DNA from: Selaginella moellendorffii
Lineage: Eukaryota > Plantae > Lycopodiophyta
Reading direction: 5' to 3'
Length of the DNA: 64,000 nt
Assembly (NCBI RefSeq): GCF_000143415.4
Contig: NW_003314327.1
Location: 149,116-213,115, forward strand
Shown: positions 52,889-64,000 of the stretch, piece after piece
How positions within the stretch are numbered: the stretch's first letter is position 1
Layout of the letters: the number at the start of each line of letters is the position of its first letter
The notes under the pieces: model-generated
Databases searched by the model: none
Seen by the model: only the letters and a program-made list of their open reading frames with translations
Told to the model about the DNA's origin: nothing
Program-made: the position numbers and the translations under genes

Positions 52889-55800
52889 TCATGCGCTTGC
52901 CGGTGCCTGTGCTTGGCTGGAAAGAAGCTTCGTACGGTAGTCCGTCAGTTCGGCTGCCACGCCGCCCTTCTTGTAGCAGCGTGCCTGGAGAGAGGAGATG
53001 TACTATTGTTTTCCCTCTAGACAACATAGAAAAAAGAATTCTTTCACGAAACTTCTCACCTGATGAATGAGTTGCTCCAGAAAACTGGCCTTGTCGACCG
53101 GGATGTCTGGCGTTGACAGTAGCTCGAACAACTGCTAGTGAGAATGGCGGTTAGTCGCAAATTCCGTATCGAAGAAACGAAAAAAAGAGAAAAAATCAAA
53201 CCTTGTGCGTATTGTTTGTCTTCGCATGTCTTAACGTCCGCAGAGCTGCCAAAACAAAGTCGCTCGCGTCTCCCAAGAGCTTTCTGCGTTTCTCGGACTG
53301 TGCAGCCGACTCTTCGTGGTTGCCACCTTCGGGATTCCTGTGAGGCACAGAAAGGATTGCAGCTTCCGGTGACGACGAGCCTGCCTCGTCAGGGTCATCT
53401 CGAACGTCGGACAGTTCCTTTGGACTCTTGGCGGGCGAGTTCACCTCGCCACCGCTTGCATCACTGCTGCATTCTCCCGACGAGGCAGACGAAGTGGAAG
53501 CTGATCCCGACAGGCCCGGTGACTCGGGGCGCCGACGCCGCTTTCGTCCTCGTAGCTGAGCTCCGCCGCTTCCTTCAAACCATGCTTCGTCTGCGGCGTC
53601 GTGTTTCTCCTGACGATACGGGTTTCCAAAGAGCGATCGTTGTTGCTTGGTTCGCTCTTGTTCGTCAGCCTGATAATGAGAATTTTTCAAGTTAGAAAAA
53701 CGGGAAAAGAAAATACATGATGACTTACAAAAGGATTTCGCGGAGGCTGTTGCTTCCACAGAGCGTCACTAAAGTCACCCATCTGTATGTTCAAGGATCA
53801 AACGCTTGAGCGACAAAAACGAACAAAAAAAAGCTCATCACCTTTTCGATAGGTAGCGAGTGACGTGCTTCTTCTTCTTCCATGGCCACCATACGAGCTG
53901 CCAAATTGCCCAAGGCTGAGTGGCTTCCAGTATTCCCAGGGGCTTTCTCGTTTTTACTTCGAGCGTCCATGGCAAGCGCTACACGCATTGGCAAATACTT
54001 GAGCTGGCTGGAAAAAGAGGGGGAAAAAAAAAAACAATCAGCAACAATCTATCTCACCCACGGCTCGAAGAGAATTGACTACCTGAAGAGCTCGTTACGA
54101 GGCACATCAAACGCATTTTTAAACACCGCAGCATCCTTCCACGAACCAATTCCCAAGTGGTTGGCAATTTCATTGCCAGCTTTTGGAACTTCGGCAGTAG
54201 ACGCTTGAGTTGTAAACCTCGCATTTTGATTTGGTTTTGAAGGTCCAGACGGAATGCAGACCTCGAACGTCCTCTGGCTGAGAACTGAGTCGACGCTGGT
54301 TGTCGACGACGAAGAAAAGCGGACAGAAAATGCAGTAGTAGTGAACGTGTGCGTTCCAGGAGCATCGATGGAACCGGATTTTGAAGACGGAAAGACTCTT
54401 TCATGTGGCTTGGGGGCGTAAGAACTTGAGTTTATCAGCTTCTCCGTCTGTAAAATATTGTCTAAGATTTGCAAGAGAACGAGAAAATCTAAAACATTAC
54501 CATACTCTCCAGCTCCGTCTTTGCCTGAGCTTTCAACCGTTTGAGCTGGTTTCCAACAAAACCAGCAAAAATTGTTTTCTCGAGAGCATCCGGCACAACA
54601 TGCAGGTTCAATCCCCACTGCCGAAGTGCAGCTCTCAAGGGCGGGCCATAGTACGCCGGAATACTGTTGCAATATCGTTCCATTTCTTGTCGCCACTGTA
54701 TTGTGTTTGTAGCCTTTGGATTTTTGCTAGCGTGCTCCAATAGATGAAACAGTACCTGATAAAAAAGACTACGTCAAGTTCAAGCAGATAAACATATTTA
54801 CTTACTGGATAATTGTATGGTAGCACGAAAAGTGTGAGATTTGACCCAATAAGCTTGAGATACCTGTTGTAAGAACCATAGAAACTAACTTAACCAAAAA
54901 TCACTTCTTCATACCCAAATGGATCTCCATAGCCAAAGTTTGGCCCCTTACTATTACGTATGAAGACTTGCCAGCATGCATTAGCCGCTGCTTTCGTCAA
55001 AAAGTTCACAATCGGGTTGGACTCGATCTGCAAAGAAGCTCTGGAAAGTTAGGCCTTACAAGTCCCTCAACTCAAGCGCTTACGTCGTACTTATCGTAGA
55101 TAAACTGCGCGGGAATCGATGGATCCGAGTCGATAGCTTTGTAGACAATAACAGGATGAGGCTCTCGAGGAGGAAGAGATTGCTGTGACGAGTCAGGCCA
55201 AAAGGTCTCCGGTATTGGCCAATGCCCCTGGTGAGGCTGATTGGCCCTGATAAGCAAGAGCTTTCGTTGGCAGGCAGCATGAACCTAGCAGAAAGAAAAA
55301 AAAACATAAAAGTTGTAAAGAAACATCAAGATATAGTACAAACCTGAGGCGGCGGAGCAGTGGTTCCGGGAATTGGCATATTTTCGAAAGACACCACCAC
55401 GCAAGTTGAGAGCCGAGATGTGACTTCAATGTGCTGCATTAAGATTTTTAAACTTGTTGCCACATAACATTTTCCCCTACGTGAAGATAAACTCTATGAG
55501 CCAACGGAAGAACCAAGACAAGGAAATAAGAAAAGATACAATATATCAAGCACGTACCCAGTCGACTCGCAAAACGCAGAGATGTCATTGTCCATTGCCA
55601 GAGCCGTTTTAGAACCCGAGATAGGAGCATTCTGCGGAAGAGGTCCACTCCGTTCTAATACTTGCTGACTGACCGATGGCATCCTGCATACGAAAAGTCA
55701 TGTAAACCACAGCAGAAACCAGATAGCTCACCTGAGAACAATCGCAAAGACTCTTTGATCCCAGCGGTAAGGCTTTGCAGCTAGCTCGCCACCTGCAGGA

Positions 55801-56559
55801 GCCGGACCATTTGGTACAATGGTCTTGAGAACACCTGCCTAAGATACGCACAGAGAATATAAAAACGAGACTTCAAATCGAGACTAGAAATACTTTAGAA
55901 GTGAGTTCTGTTCCATCCGTCAACAGAATAATCGTCGTTGGTTCTATATGTATAGGATTTCGCCCCTGACCTGGAACAAAACGCTGTAAGAGACACAAGG
56001 CAAAAGAACGAGTAAGAAACATACCATACTTTTCAGTATCGTTTACAAGCCGATGAAGGTGAAGGTAGTCAAGAACTAGCTGTAACGACGTACCAATTTC
56101 CGTGAGATCGTGAGCTTCAATGCTCTTCAGTGCTCGCGTGAAGTTAACAAACGGATATTTGTCGACCACCTAGAAACAGAAAAACACAGAAGAAAAAAAA
56201 CACAAAGAACTTGAGTTCCATAAGTGATAAAACAACTAGGCCAGATCGAAAGAAAAGATCACCTTGATCGCATTTACTCCCTCTTCGCAAGTCACAAGGA
56301 GATATCTGGGATAGAAATGCGGTAAACAAATGCTAGAGCTACTAAATTCTCACGCACCTGTCCGATTTGTGCCAAGTGATGTCTCGCAGCCGCAACTGGA
56401 GCAAGAGAAAGGGCAATGTAAAGAGATTTGGATGGAGCTCCAGCGGCTTACCTTGACGAAATGCTCCACGGCACTCTTGGCGCAATCCAGCAGCGACAGG
56501 CCATTCGAGCAGCGCTGGTTCATCGACGCGCTAGTATCGATCACAAAAACCACGGTCAT
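52889..56559 (-). CDS. INTS6: Integrator complex subunit 6 (INTS6/DDX26-like)
   Basis: N-terminal VWA VVFVIDTSASMNQR..GLSLLDCAKSAVEHFVK; YG.GRNP..IEP..IILLTDG; EPLRWDQRVF; GHWPIPE.FWPD; PFGY; VLPYNYP; IPAYYGPPLR.AL; C-terminal FLEQLIHQARCYKK. Confidence 0.88.
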
Positions 56560-56688
56560 CTCTACGGGCACTAAAAACCTAGCTCCAAGGGGATAAATAT
56601 ATTAGGGCTCCTCGAAATATGTTAAATATGGCTTCTACGACCTTATCAGGTTTTTTGGTATTTTTGGTATTTTTAGGGTGAACTGATC

Positions 56689-56943
56689 ATGAAGATTAAG
56701 TATTTTGTGAACCGGACCAAGCGCTTCTGGAAAATGGTTGATGGTCTGTATAAGAAAGCCCTGAAGCTTCATGATGTGTGTGGGGCTTTGGTGAGCCTGG
56801 ATGTTTCATATACGAGGAGGTACCGAAGGTCAATACGGACAGATGGGGTTGTGAAAAGGAGGACAATCAGAGCATACAAGCAACAACACATGGATGTAAC
56901 CAGTGATTTAGATACTGATCTCGATGCTATCGATGACTTGTGA
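56689..56943 (+). CDS. Small divergent type I MADS-box-like ORF (84 aa), possibly a pseudogene
   Basis: MKIKYFVNRTKR---FWKMVDGLYKKALKLHDVCGALVSLDV aligns to the MADS consensus IKxIENxTxRQVTFSKRRxGLxKKAxELSxLCxAxVALIV; intronless with an acidic tail. Confidence 0.6.
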   Translation: MKIKYFVNRTKRFWKMVDGLYKKALKLHDVCGALVSLDVSYTRRYRRSIRTDGVVKRRTIRAYKQQHMDVTSDLDTDLDAIDDL

Positions 56944-57120
56944 TATAGTCATCACTAATTAGGGTTGACTCTGATGTTGATGATTCAGATTTAATTAAGG
57001 CCCTCCTCCAGGCACACTTATCTAGTGACAAACTTTTTGCTGGATTTCCCTTAGGGTTCTCTCATTGGTGGGTACTTTTTTATCTCTTTGATTGTCTTGA
57101 GAGTTTGTATGCAATAGGGC

Positions 57121-57370
57121 CAAACCTATAGGGGGATGGTAGTGGATATACCTAGAATATGCTTGGATATTCTAGGATATTCTACCATCTAATAGTTGTT
57201 ATTCATTTAGTTAATCTTGTATTTATAATTTATAAACATGTTTATAATTTATAAACTTTCTTAAACCTTTTCTAGTATATTCTTTTTTATTCTACCATCT
57301 AATGGTTGATATGCAATAAAATTAATCTTGTATATATAAATTACAAACATGCTTATAATTATAAACTTTA
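57121..57370. repeat. Dispersed AT-rich repeat copy B, with internal partial duplication
   Basis: Inverted homolog of 14761-14910; ttctaccatctaat..ttaatcttgtat..ttataatttataaac occurs twice. Confidence 0.7.
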
Positions 57371-57399
57371 TTTGATCAATTGGATTAATAAGTAATAAT

Positions 57400-60300
57400 A
57401 ACACTAGTATTAAGCAAACCAAACGTTGCTACATGCAACGCGTAGCAATTTTTTTCTATATATGATCTATATTTCCTTTTAAATGATCTCAATTCATCCT
57501 TTTCGTTAATTGGGTTAACAAAATAACTACTAAGAAATTGTGTTAATTACTCCCCACGAATTTAAAGATATAACTCAATTATCATCTTTAATAATTTCAT
57601 CATTGACTTGTATCATTCTCTTCTGGGTTTAACAAAATATTTCTTATTTACAAAGTTTTAAACCTCATCAAGTTTGTTTCTTAATGCCTTTTTAAGCTTT
57701 TAAGACCTTGAACCAGTTCTAAAGAGAAACCCAATACAAAAAGGAAAACACCAGAACTTATACCTTTGATTTCCTTTTGTTACTAGACTCCTTTATCCTT
57801 TCAAAATAAAAAAAGATCTAAGAAAACAAGAAAAAAAAACCTATTGTAAGACATAATAGTTAGCCTGCTATGATGTGATGGAAAACCAGATAGCCTAAAA
57901 GATCCAGCCAACTCTGTAAGGATGTCAATTGCCTTATTATGGTGCAATAGAAAAGGATGTTAGCTAGCTTGCTATGGTATGATGGAAGACTAATTGGGAG
58001 CCCAAAGGATTTAGCTATTTATCATTGCTGCTACAAGGGCTTTTTGGCACTTAACTCTGTAATATAATTGGATGAAAGAAATTTAAATAGATTTTAAATA
58101 GGGTTTTTATTAAAGAAAATTAATAGTAAACAGTTAGATTAAGGATTATCATAAATATACTTAAATATTCTAACTATATCCAGATGTTCTATTCCATATT
58201 TTTTCGTTTGCTTTAGAAAGCCTCGCATTGCTCTATCAAAATATTGATTGACTTTATTCTAATAAATTCAAGTATATTCTTATATCTAGATTAAACTTTT
58301 CTTTAATTCACAGTTTAATGTTAACATTATTAATTACTTTTAAATTTCCAAAACTTCATTAATTAGCTTACATAAGTATTTAGTTTGTATAAAAGTATAA
58401 AGCAATTGATAAGCAAGTCTTTAGAAGGGACAAAAGAATAACCAACCTGTGGTAAGTGTCGTGACATGTAAAAGTGACTAAAACTGAAAGACTCAAAGTA
58501 AAATAATGTTAGAACCATCTTGATCACCAAGAAACCAAATGTCTAAATTGACAGATATATCTAAAGCTAAATATATCTAGGGCCAGAGTGTCAAATATAT
58601 TTAAAGCTGAATGTATCTAAAGTGTGGTGAAAGCCTAAAGTGATTTCCTTCTAAACCTTAGGGAATTCAATAAGTCCTTGCAAGATAGTGGGGAGGAGGA
58701 TGTCCCCATTTATATTGTCATCCATCACCCATTTGATGGATGGATCGATCAATATAAAATAGAACTAATGCTGCTAAATAAGGTTATACTCATGTGGTGG
58801 GTGATAATATAAATATTAAAGAGTCCAAAATTAAACTAAACATGGATGGATAAATGGGCTAATGTGATAAAATGTTCAAGAATTGGCTCTATCTCCTTCG
58901 AAAGATGAAATAGTTAATACTCCCAATCTAAGTATGAATGGCTTTATCTACTTAGATACTTTATAGTTTCAATTTGTTACCCCTAAGCGACTGCACATGT
59001 GACTCATTGGAAACTCACTCTAGCCATATTATTAGGGCATTTTGGTGGTTGAAGGTGGTGGGAGTACCTATAAGGTTTATGTTGAGCTATAATATTTCGA
59101 AATGTTATCCTAAAGTTTTAATTGTGGAAAGAAAGAAGAGTGATTTTCTTACTTAGTAGCTAAGGTTATAATCACGTGGTGAAGAGGTTTTAAAAATCAA
59201 GGATGGGCCTTTGGGCCCTAACTCAATGGCCATATTAGTGAATATTGTCGTAAATAGAGAGTAAATAATGTATATTCCTACCTTTAAATTTAAAATTATA
59301 TATATTGAGCATCCATATATACATCCTTCCTTTTGTGGAGCATTCATGAACAAAAATATTCACCATGAAAGTGTTGTATAGGTGGATGATTAGTTGCTTC
59401 ACATGGAATAATTGATCTACACAATGGAAGGATTAATAGATTCATTATAAAAAATAAAAGTGTAAATTCCCTTTAGCTCAGTAGATGTTATTATTACTTT
59501 AGAAGATAAATAGGGATAAAATAGCCATTAAAGGCTTTCTCATTAAGCAATGACCTTCTTTCCAATTAGTTTATAGGGGAGAGATAAGTGTACTTCAAAA
59601 GAATATTAAAGGTTTAGATCTTGAGTTATCCTATGGATGTTAAAAAGTAGTAATAAAGTAACCACTTATATATAATTTTGTATTGGAGAGACAAGTTTAC
59701 GATACAAAAGGTGACCTAGTGAGAATTTGCATGACTTTAATATAAAAGGTTGATATGTTAAAAGTACATAAAAATGCAAAGTTAATGTAGTTTTGAAGCC
59801 ACTTTTAGGCTCTTGGTAAGTATCTTAATTTGAAATAAAAAAGTTGTGAGTAAGACTCTTCCAAGTCAAAGATGTGATTAAGGTAACTAAAATAAAATAG
59901 AAAATTTAATCATTTACAACTTAGTATCAAAAAATTTCTTTAGTTTAATTTTTATTAGTGGTAAAATATATCAAAAACTTCATAATGACATTTTTAGGTC
60001 CTAGGATTAGAATTAAACTTGAGGAATAGGATATTATGAAAGTGTCACTCTTCACTTTAATTCTTCTGTGAACAAGAAAAAAAACATGGTGGATAGAAAG
60101 AGGGTCAATAAAGGAATGATTTTAGAATTTAGAAGGTTTTCCTTATAGTTATTTATATAAGGGTATAATTTAATAAAATTAGTTTTAATATAGTTGTGGT
60201 AAATAACTATAGTTGAGATCATTTAAAGAAAAGGAATTATTAAGTAACAAAGAAGTCATAGAATTGCCTTTATATAATTGAGGATGATGTTTATAAATGT

Positions 60301-63300
60301 GAAATTGGAATTGATGAATGTGGGCGGTCAATATATGATTGAGAATATATATTCTAAAGATGGTAATTTTAGCTACCTTTTATAAATATTAAAACAACTC
60401 AAAAACTTAAGAGTGTAAAGGACAAGTTGGCTTTTTCATATTATGTAAAAGGGCAATACAACTCAAACAAAAATGAATATTTAGGTATTAAAATATAAAT
60501 TATTTTATTCAAGTGAGGTAGCACTTCAAGAGTACCCATAAAACTATGACTTTATAGGTCGTAGAACTAATAAATTTAAATGTTAAATTAATATCAAATG
60601 TATAAAGGAAGTAAATTTAAATGAAGGTGATTATAATGATCTTGAGATTTAATTATATAAACAGAAGATATATCATTAATGACTAAAAGTGTTATACTAT
60701 AAAAGAGAAAAAGTTTTATGGAGGAAAGTAACTTTTATGAAGATTTATATTTTTATACAATAGTGAAACCAAGCCAATATAAATTATTTGTACATAAGAA
60801 ATTAGTTATTGTAAAAGACATAGATACAAAGTCATAAGAATTGATTGATAAAGCAAATAGTATAAAAATACTAACTATCTCATTAGAAAACATATTGAAA
60901 AGGTCAAAATGGTTAGTTTAGGAATTTTTGCTAGGGAAATCTTGAAAGAAATAGGATTGGTATAACCTAAGTTGAAAAATATAGAAATAAAATGTTTTGA
61001 TGAAATGTGGAAGTTGAAAAAATATAATAATTATGAGGTAACTAAGTACAAGTTTGATATAATTATCTAAAAAAGTGAAAGCTAACTTCTCAAGATTTTT
61101 GTTAGCCCTTCTTAAATCATTAAGTTTATCCCTAATAATACATACTAAGGTGAAAATAGTAAATAAAAAGTTCGCGTACAAAAGAAGAAGTGAAAAAAAC
61201 ATATAGAGCCAAAAACAAGTAATAAAAAGATAAACCTAAACTATAAAAATAAAGGACATAATAAATGATCATTATGTAAATTAAGAAATGTAGTAGAAAA
61301 GTGGTTTTAAGGTTTGTTGTAAAGTGAGGCTATTAAGATTAGGGAAGTAATTCTTACATGTTTAAAAGAGTTGTTTTGAAAAAGAAAGTATCATTTAAAT
61401 AAATTTATTTAAATGATTTAAAAGAAAGAAGCTATAATATGAATCTTTGATGATTGTTAGATTTTATAAAATAAATTACCAAACATAGTTGAACTTTACT
61501 ATGGTTTCATATACTAATTTTTTAAAAAACTTTATCTATGCTATAAAAATAAGGCTATAAAATTAATATCTCTCTTAAAATAATGGAATTCTGTGATTTA
61601 TCCTTTTTTATTTTTGAAAGTATTCAACTATTTTATAATTTTAATTTTTAAATATCGGTATAAATCAAAAGTAATAAGCTTATTTTTAACCAAAAGTATA
61701 TAAAGGGGAAAAAAAAATTTTATTTTACATGTGTTCTTGATAAACAGTAATAGTAACTTATTATTAAATAAACTAAAGAACTAAAGATTTTTTTTCTTTT
61801 CTTTTTTAGTGATAGACTCTAATCCTAAAAATAGTATAGTGATTTCCAAAATAATGTATGTGAATAAATTCAATGATAAAATAATAAATATTTAATTTAA
61901 TTTTATATATTTCATATGCTTTCTTGAATTGTAAGTCTTTCCAAAGAATGAACATTAGAAAGATAAAAACAATAGAATAATAAATCCAATTTATATTAGA
62001 TAATATGTCAATTTTTCTGTTGCATTGAAATAAATTTTTTCTTTTATAATATTTTTATTTTCTCTCTTTCTTTATATTTAAAGAAAATAACTGTTTCANN
62101 NNNNNNNNNNNNNNNNNNNNNNNNNNNNNNNNNNNNNNNNNNNNNNNNNNNNNNNNNNNNNNNNNNNNNNNNNNNNNNNNNNNNNNNNNNNNNNNNNNGT
62201 CATTCATGACGGCGATGTGGCGTCATCATATCTTGTAAGATTTCTATCTCATTCACCATAACATTTAATGTAAAGTGTTTTTATCCTAAATACTTAATTA
62301 TTACTTTATTATAATTTCCATTATTGCACCTTAACATCACTCTTCCTTCACTGTGACACCCCAACATTCTCCTGAAATTGTGTTTTTCAATACTTTGATT
62401 GAAAAAGGATGATTAGGATGACACACTCCTAATCAAATTAAATAGTGCATTAATCAAAATATAAATTGGCTAAACATTGTTGTTAGAGAAGAAAACACTT
62501 TTAAATACCTTTTTAAAGTAAAAGTAAGATGGAGTAATAATACTATACACTAAATAGAGAATAGGAGCAAAAACAATTACTTGATAAGAATAAGTTTAAA
62601 ATAATGTTTGAAGAGTGAATACATAGGAAAAGTTAACAAAAAAAATTTAAATGGTAGTTTTTTATTGATATAGTTTGAAATTACTCTAGAGTAAGAAGTA
62701 AAGTGGAGATAGAGAAAATATCTTCTAGGGATTTAGTAGGATTTAAAACGCAAAGAAATGGAATTTAGGGGCTAAGCCCAAGAGTTAGAGGATATACTTT
62801 CATTAAATAATGTGCAAAGTATAATATACATTCAATATTAAACTATTGATGAATAGTGTTTTTGTGACAAAAATAAAATGGTAATCCTTGATAAAATTGC
62901 TTTAGAAAATAAATTAATAGTTAATAAGGATATTGGAGTTGTAAAACACAAGCCTTAAGTCCCAATATGGAGCCAAAAATTTACCATATAGCAGTAGCAA
63001 AACATGAATATAACATGTTTAGACCAAAACCTTTGACTTAAAAATTCAAAAGTGGGAGTGGAATTCTCTAAAAAGCACTCATAAAACAATCATCGATAGG
63101 GAAGGATTTTAAAGAAATTAGTGTGACAAAGGAAAGTTATACCTATATAATAAGTGATAATATAAACATTGGGGAGTTTGAGGTTAAATTAAACATGAAT
63201 GAACAAATGGAGTGATTTAGTGAAGTATTCAAGAGCTGGCTCTATCTCTTTCAAACAGATTAGATAGTTAATACTATTAATCCATGTATAAATAACATTA

Positions 63301-63700
63301 CATATTTAAATACATTATATGGCTAATCAAAACTTCATTTTAGCCACATGGTTAGGTATATTGATGGCTGAAAGCATCTATAATACTTGTGTTAAGCCAT
63401 AATATTTTGAAGTGTCATCCTGAAGTCATTGATTCTTAAAAGAAACAAAAGTGATCTTTTTGCTTAGTAACTAAGGGTATAATCACATATTGAAGTTTCA
63501 AAAGTTAATGGGACTTAATGGACAGGCTTTTAAGCTCATTCAGTAGCTATATCGTGAATAGAAGGGATTTAGTGAGGATTAAATAAAAGATATTAAAGGA
63601 TAATATTTTATAAATCTTGATGCATTCTAAGGATGTTAAAAAATGGTCATAGGGTGATCACTCATAAAATAGATGGTTTTGTTTGGTTTGTGGTATATAT
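57400..63700. mobile_element. Very AT-rich decayed repeat block, unclassified
   Basis: No intact ORFs; contains two diverged direct copies (~58780-59270 and ~63135-63570). Confidence 0.45.
62099..62198. other. Assembly gap (100 N)
   Basis: Run of N seen directly. Confidence 0.99.
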
Positions 63701-63888
63701 GGTCTTTCCTTACTGCCATGACAGCAAGAGGTCAGTATTGCTAGTTCCCTTTATCAACCCCTTTTGTCCAAGTGTTAGTAAACTGGATTTAGCATCTGTA
63801 CTTGGCCGGATGAGCATAAGGAATGAGTGCCTGTAAAGACTAGCCAACAAGTAACTTTCGATACCCGAAATCACATTCGTTACAATCT

Positions 63889-64000
63889 GCCAAATGTTAA
63901 TCAACATGTGGTGTAATTCCCCTAAACCCAACTAACAAAGTCAGACCCAAGACCGCTTTGATACCAAATTATAAATGACTAAAATAAAATGAAAAATTTA
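63889..64000 (-). mobile_element. LTR-retroelement 5' junction: tRNA-iMet PBS plus leader homologous to the Cassandra internal region
   Basis: Minus strand TGGTATCAAAGC (63966-63955), followed by sequence matching 12287-12364; the putative LTR runs off the window end. Confidence 0.75.

Noticed and set aside
57400-63700. Endogenous giant-virus or Helitron insertion
   Set aside because: No diagnostic motifs can be read; the sequence is too decayed to support any family.

Overview
Eukaryotic plant nuclear DNA with very short GT-AG introns (mostly 45-80 bp), extreme gene density and a motile-cilium gene (DNAAF5). This fits a lycophyte such as Selaginella; the taxon is my inference. Layout: (1) 1-2.4 kb, two genes (3' part of a DUF1995 protein; U/P-type cyclin). 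(2) About 2.7-14.9 kb, an AT-rich transposon block: decayed L1-like LINE, duplicated pseudogene of a trypsin-fold pseudoprotease, and a decayed Ty3/Gypsy element carrying a nested full-length 5S-rRNA-containing Cassandra TRIM plus a Cassandra solo LTR. (3) About 15.7-56.9 kb, a gene island: G-type lectin RLK, C1orf109-like, HD-Zip IV, DNAAF5, peroxisomal 2,4-dienoyl-CoA reductase, cytoplasmic pseudokinase, PTST1, CCT2, DUF2236 pseudogene, UGT, unknown Ser-rich protein, GLR, HIPP, CYP78A, INTS6 and a small divergent MADS-like ORF. (4) About 57.1-64 kb, a second AT-rich decayed repeat block with a 100-N gap. The most notable observation is that the Cassandra PBS and about 70 nt of downstream leader recur at 63889-63968 (minus strand) in an element with different flanking sequence, a candidate helper or relative of Cassandra. 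All family calls are from motif recognition by eye; no database searches were run, and exon boundaries are approximate.
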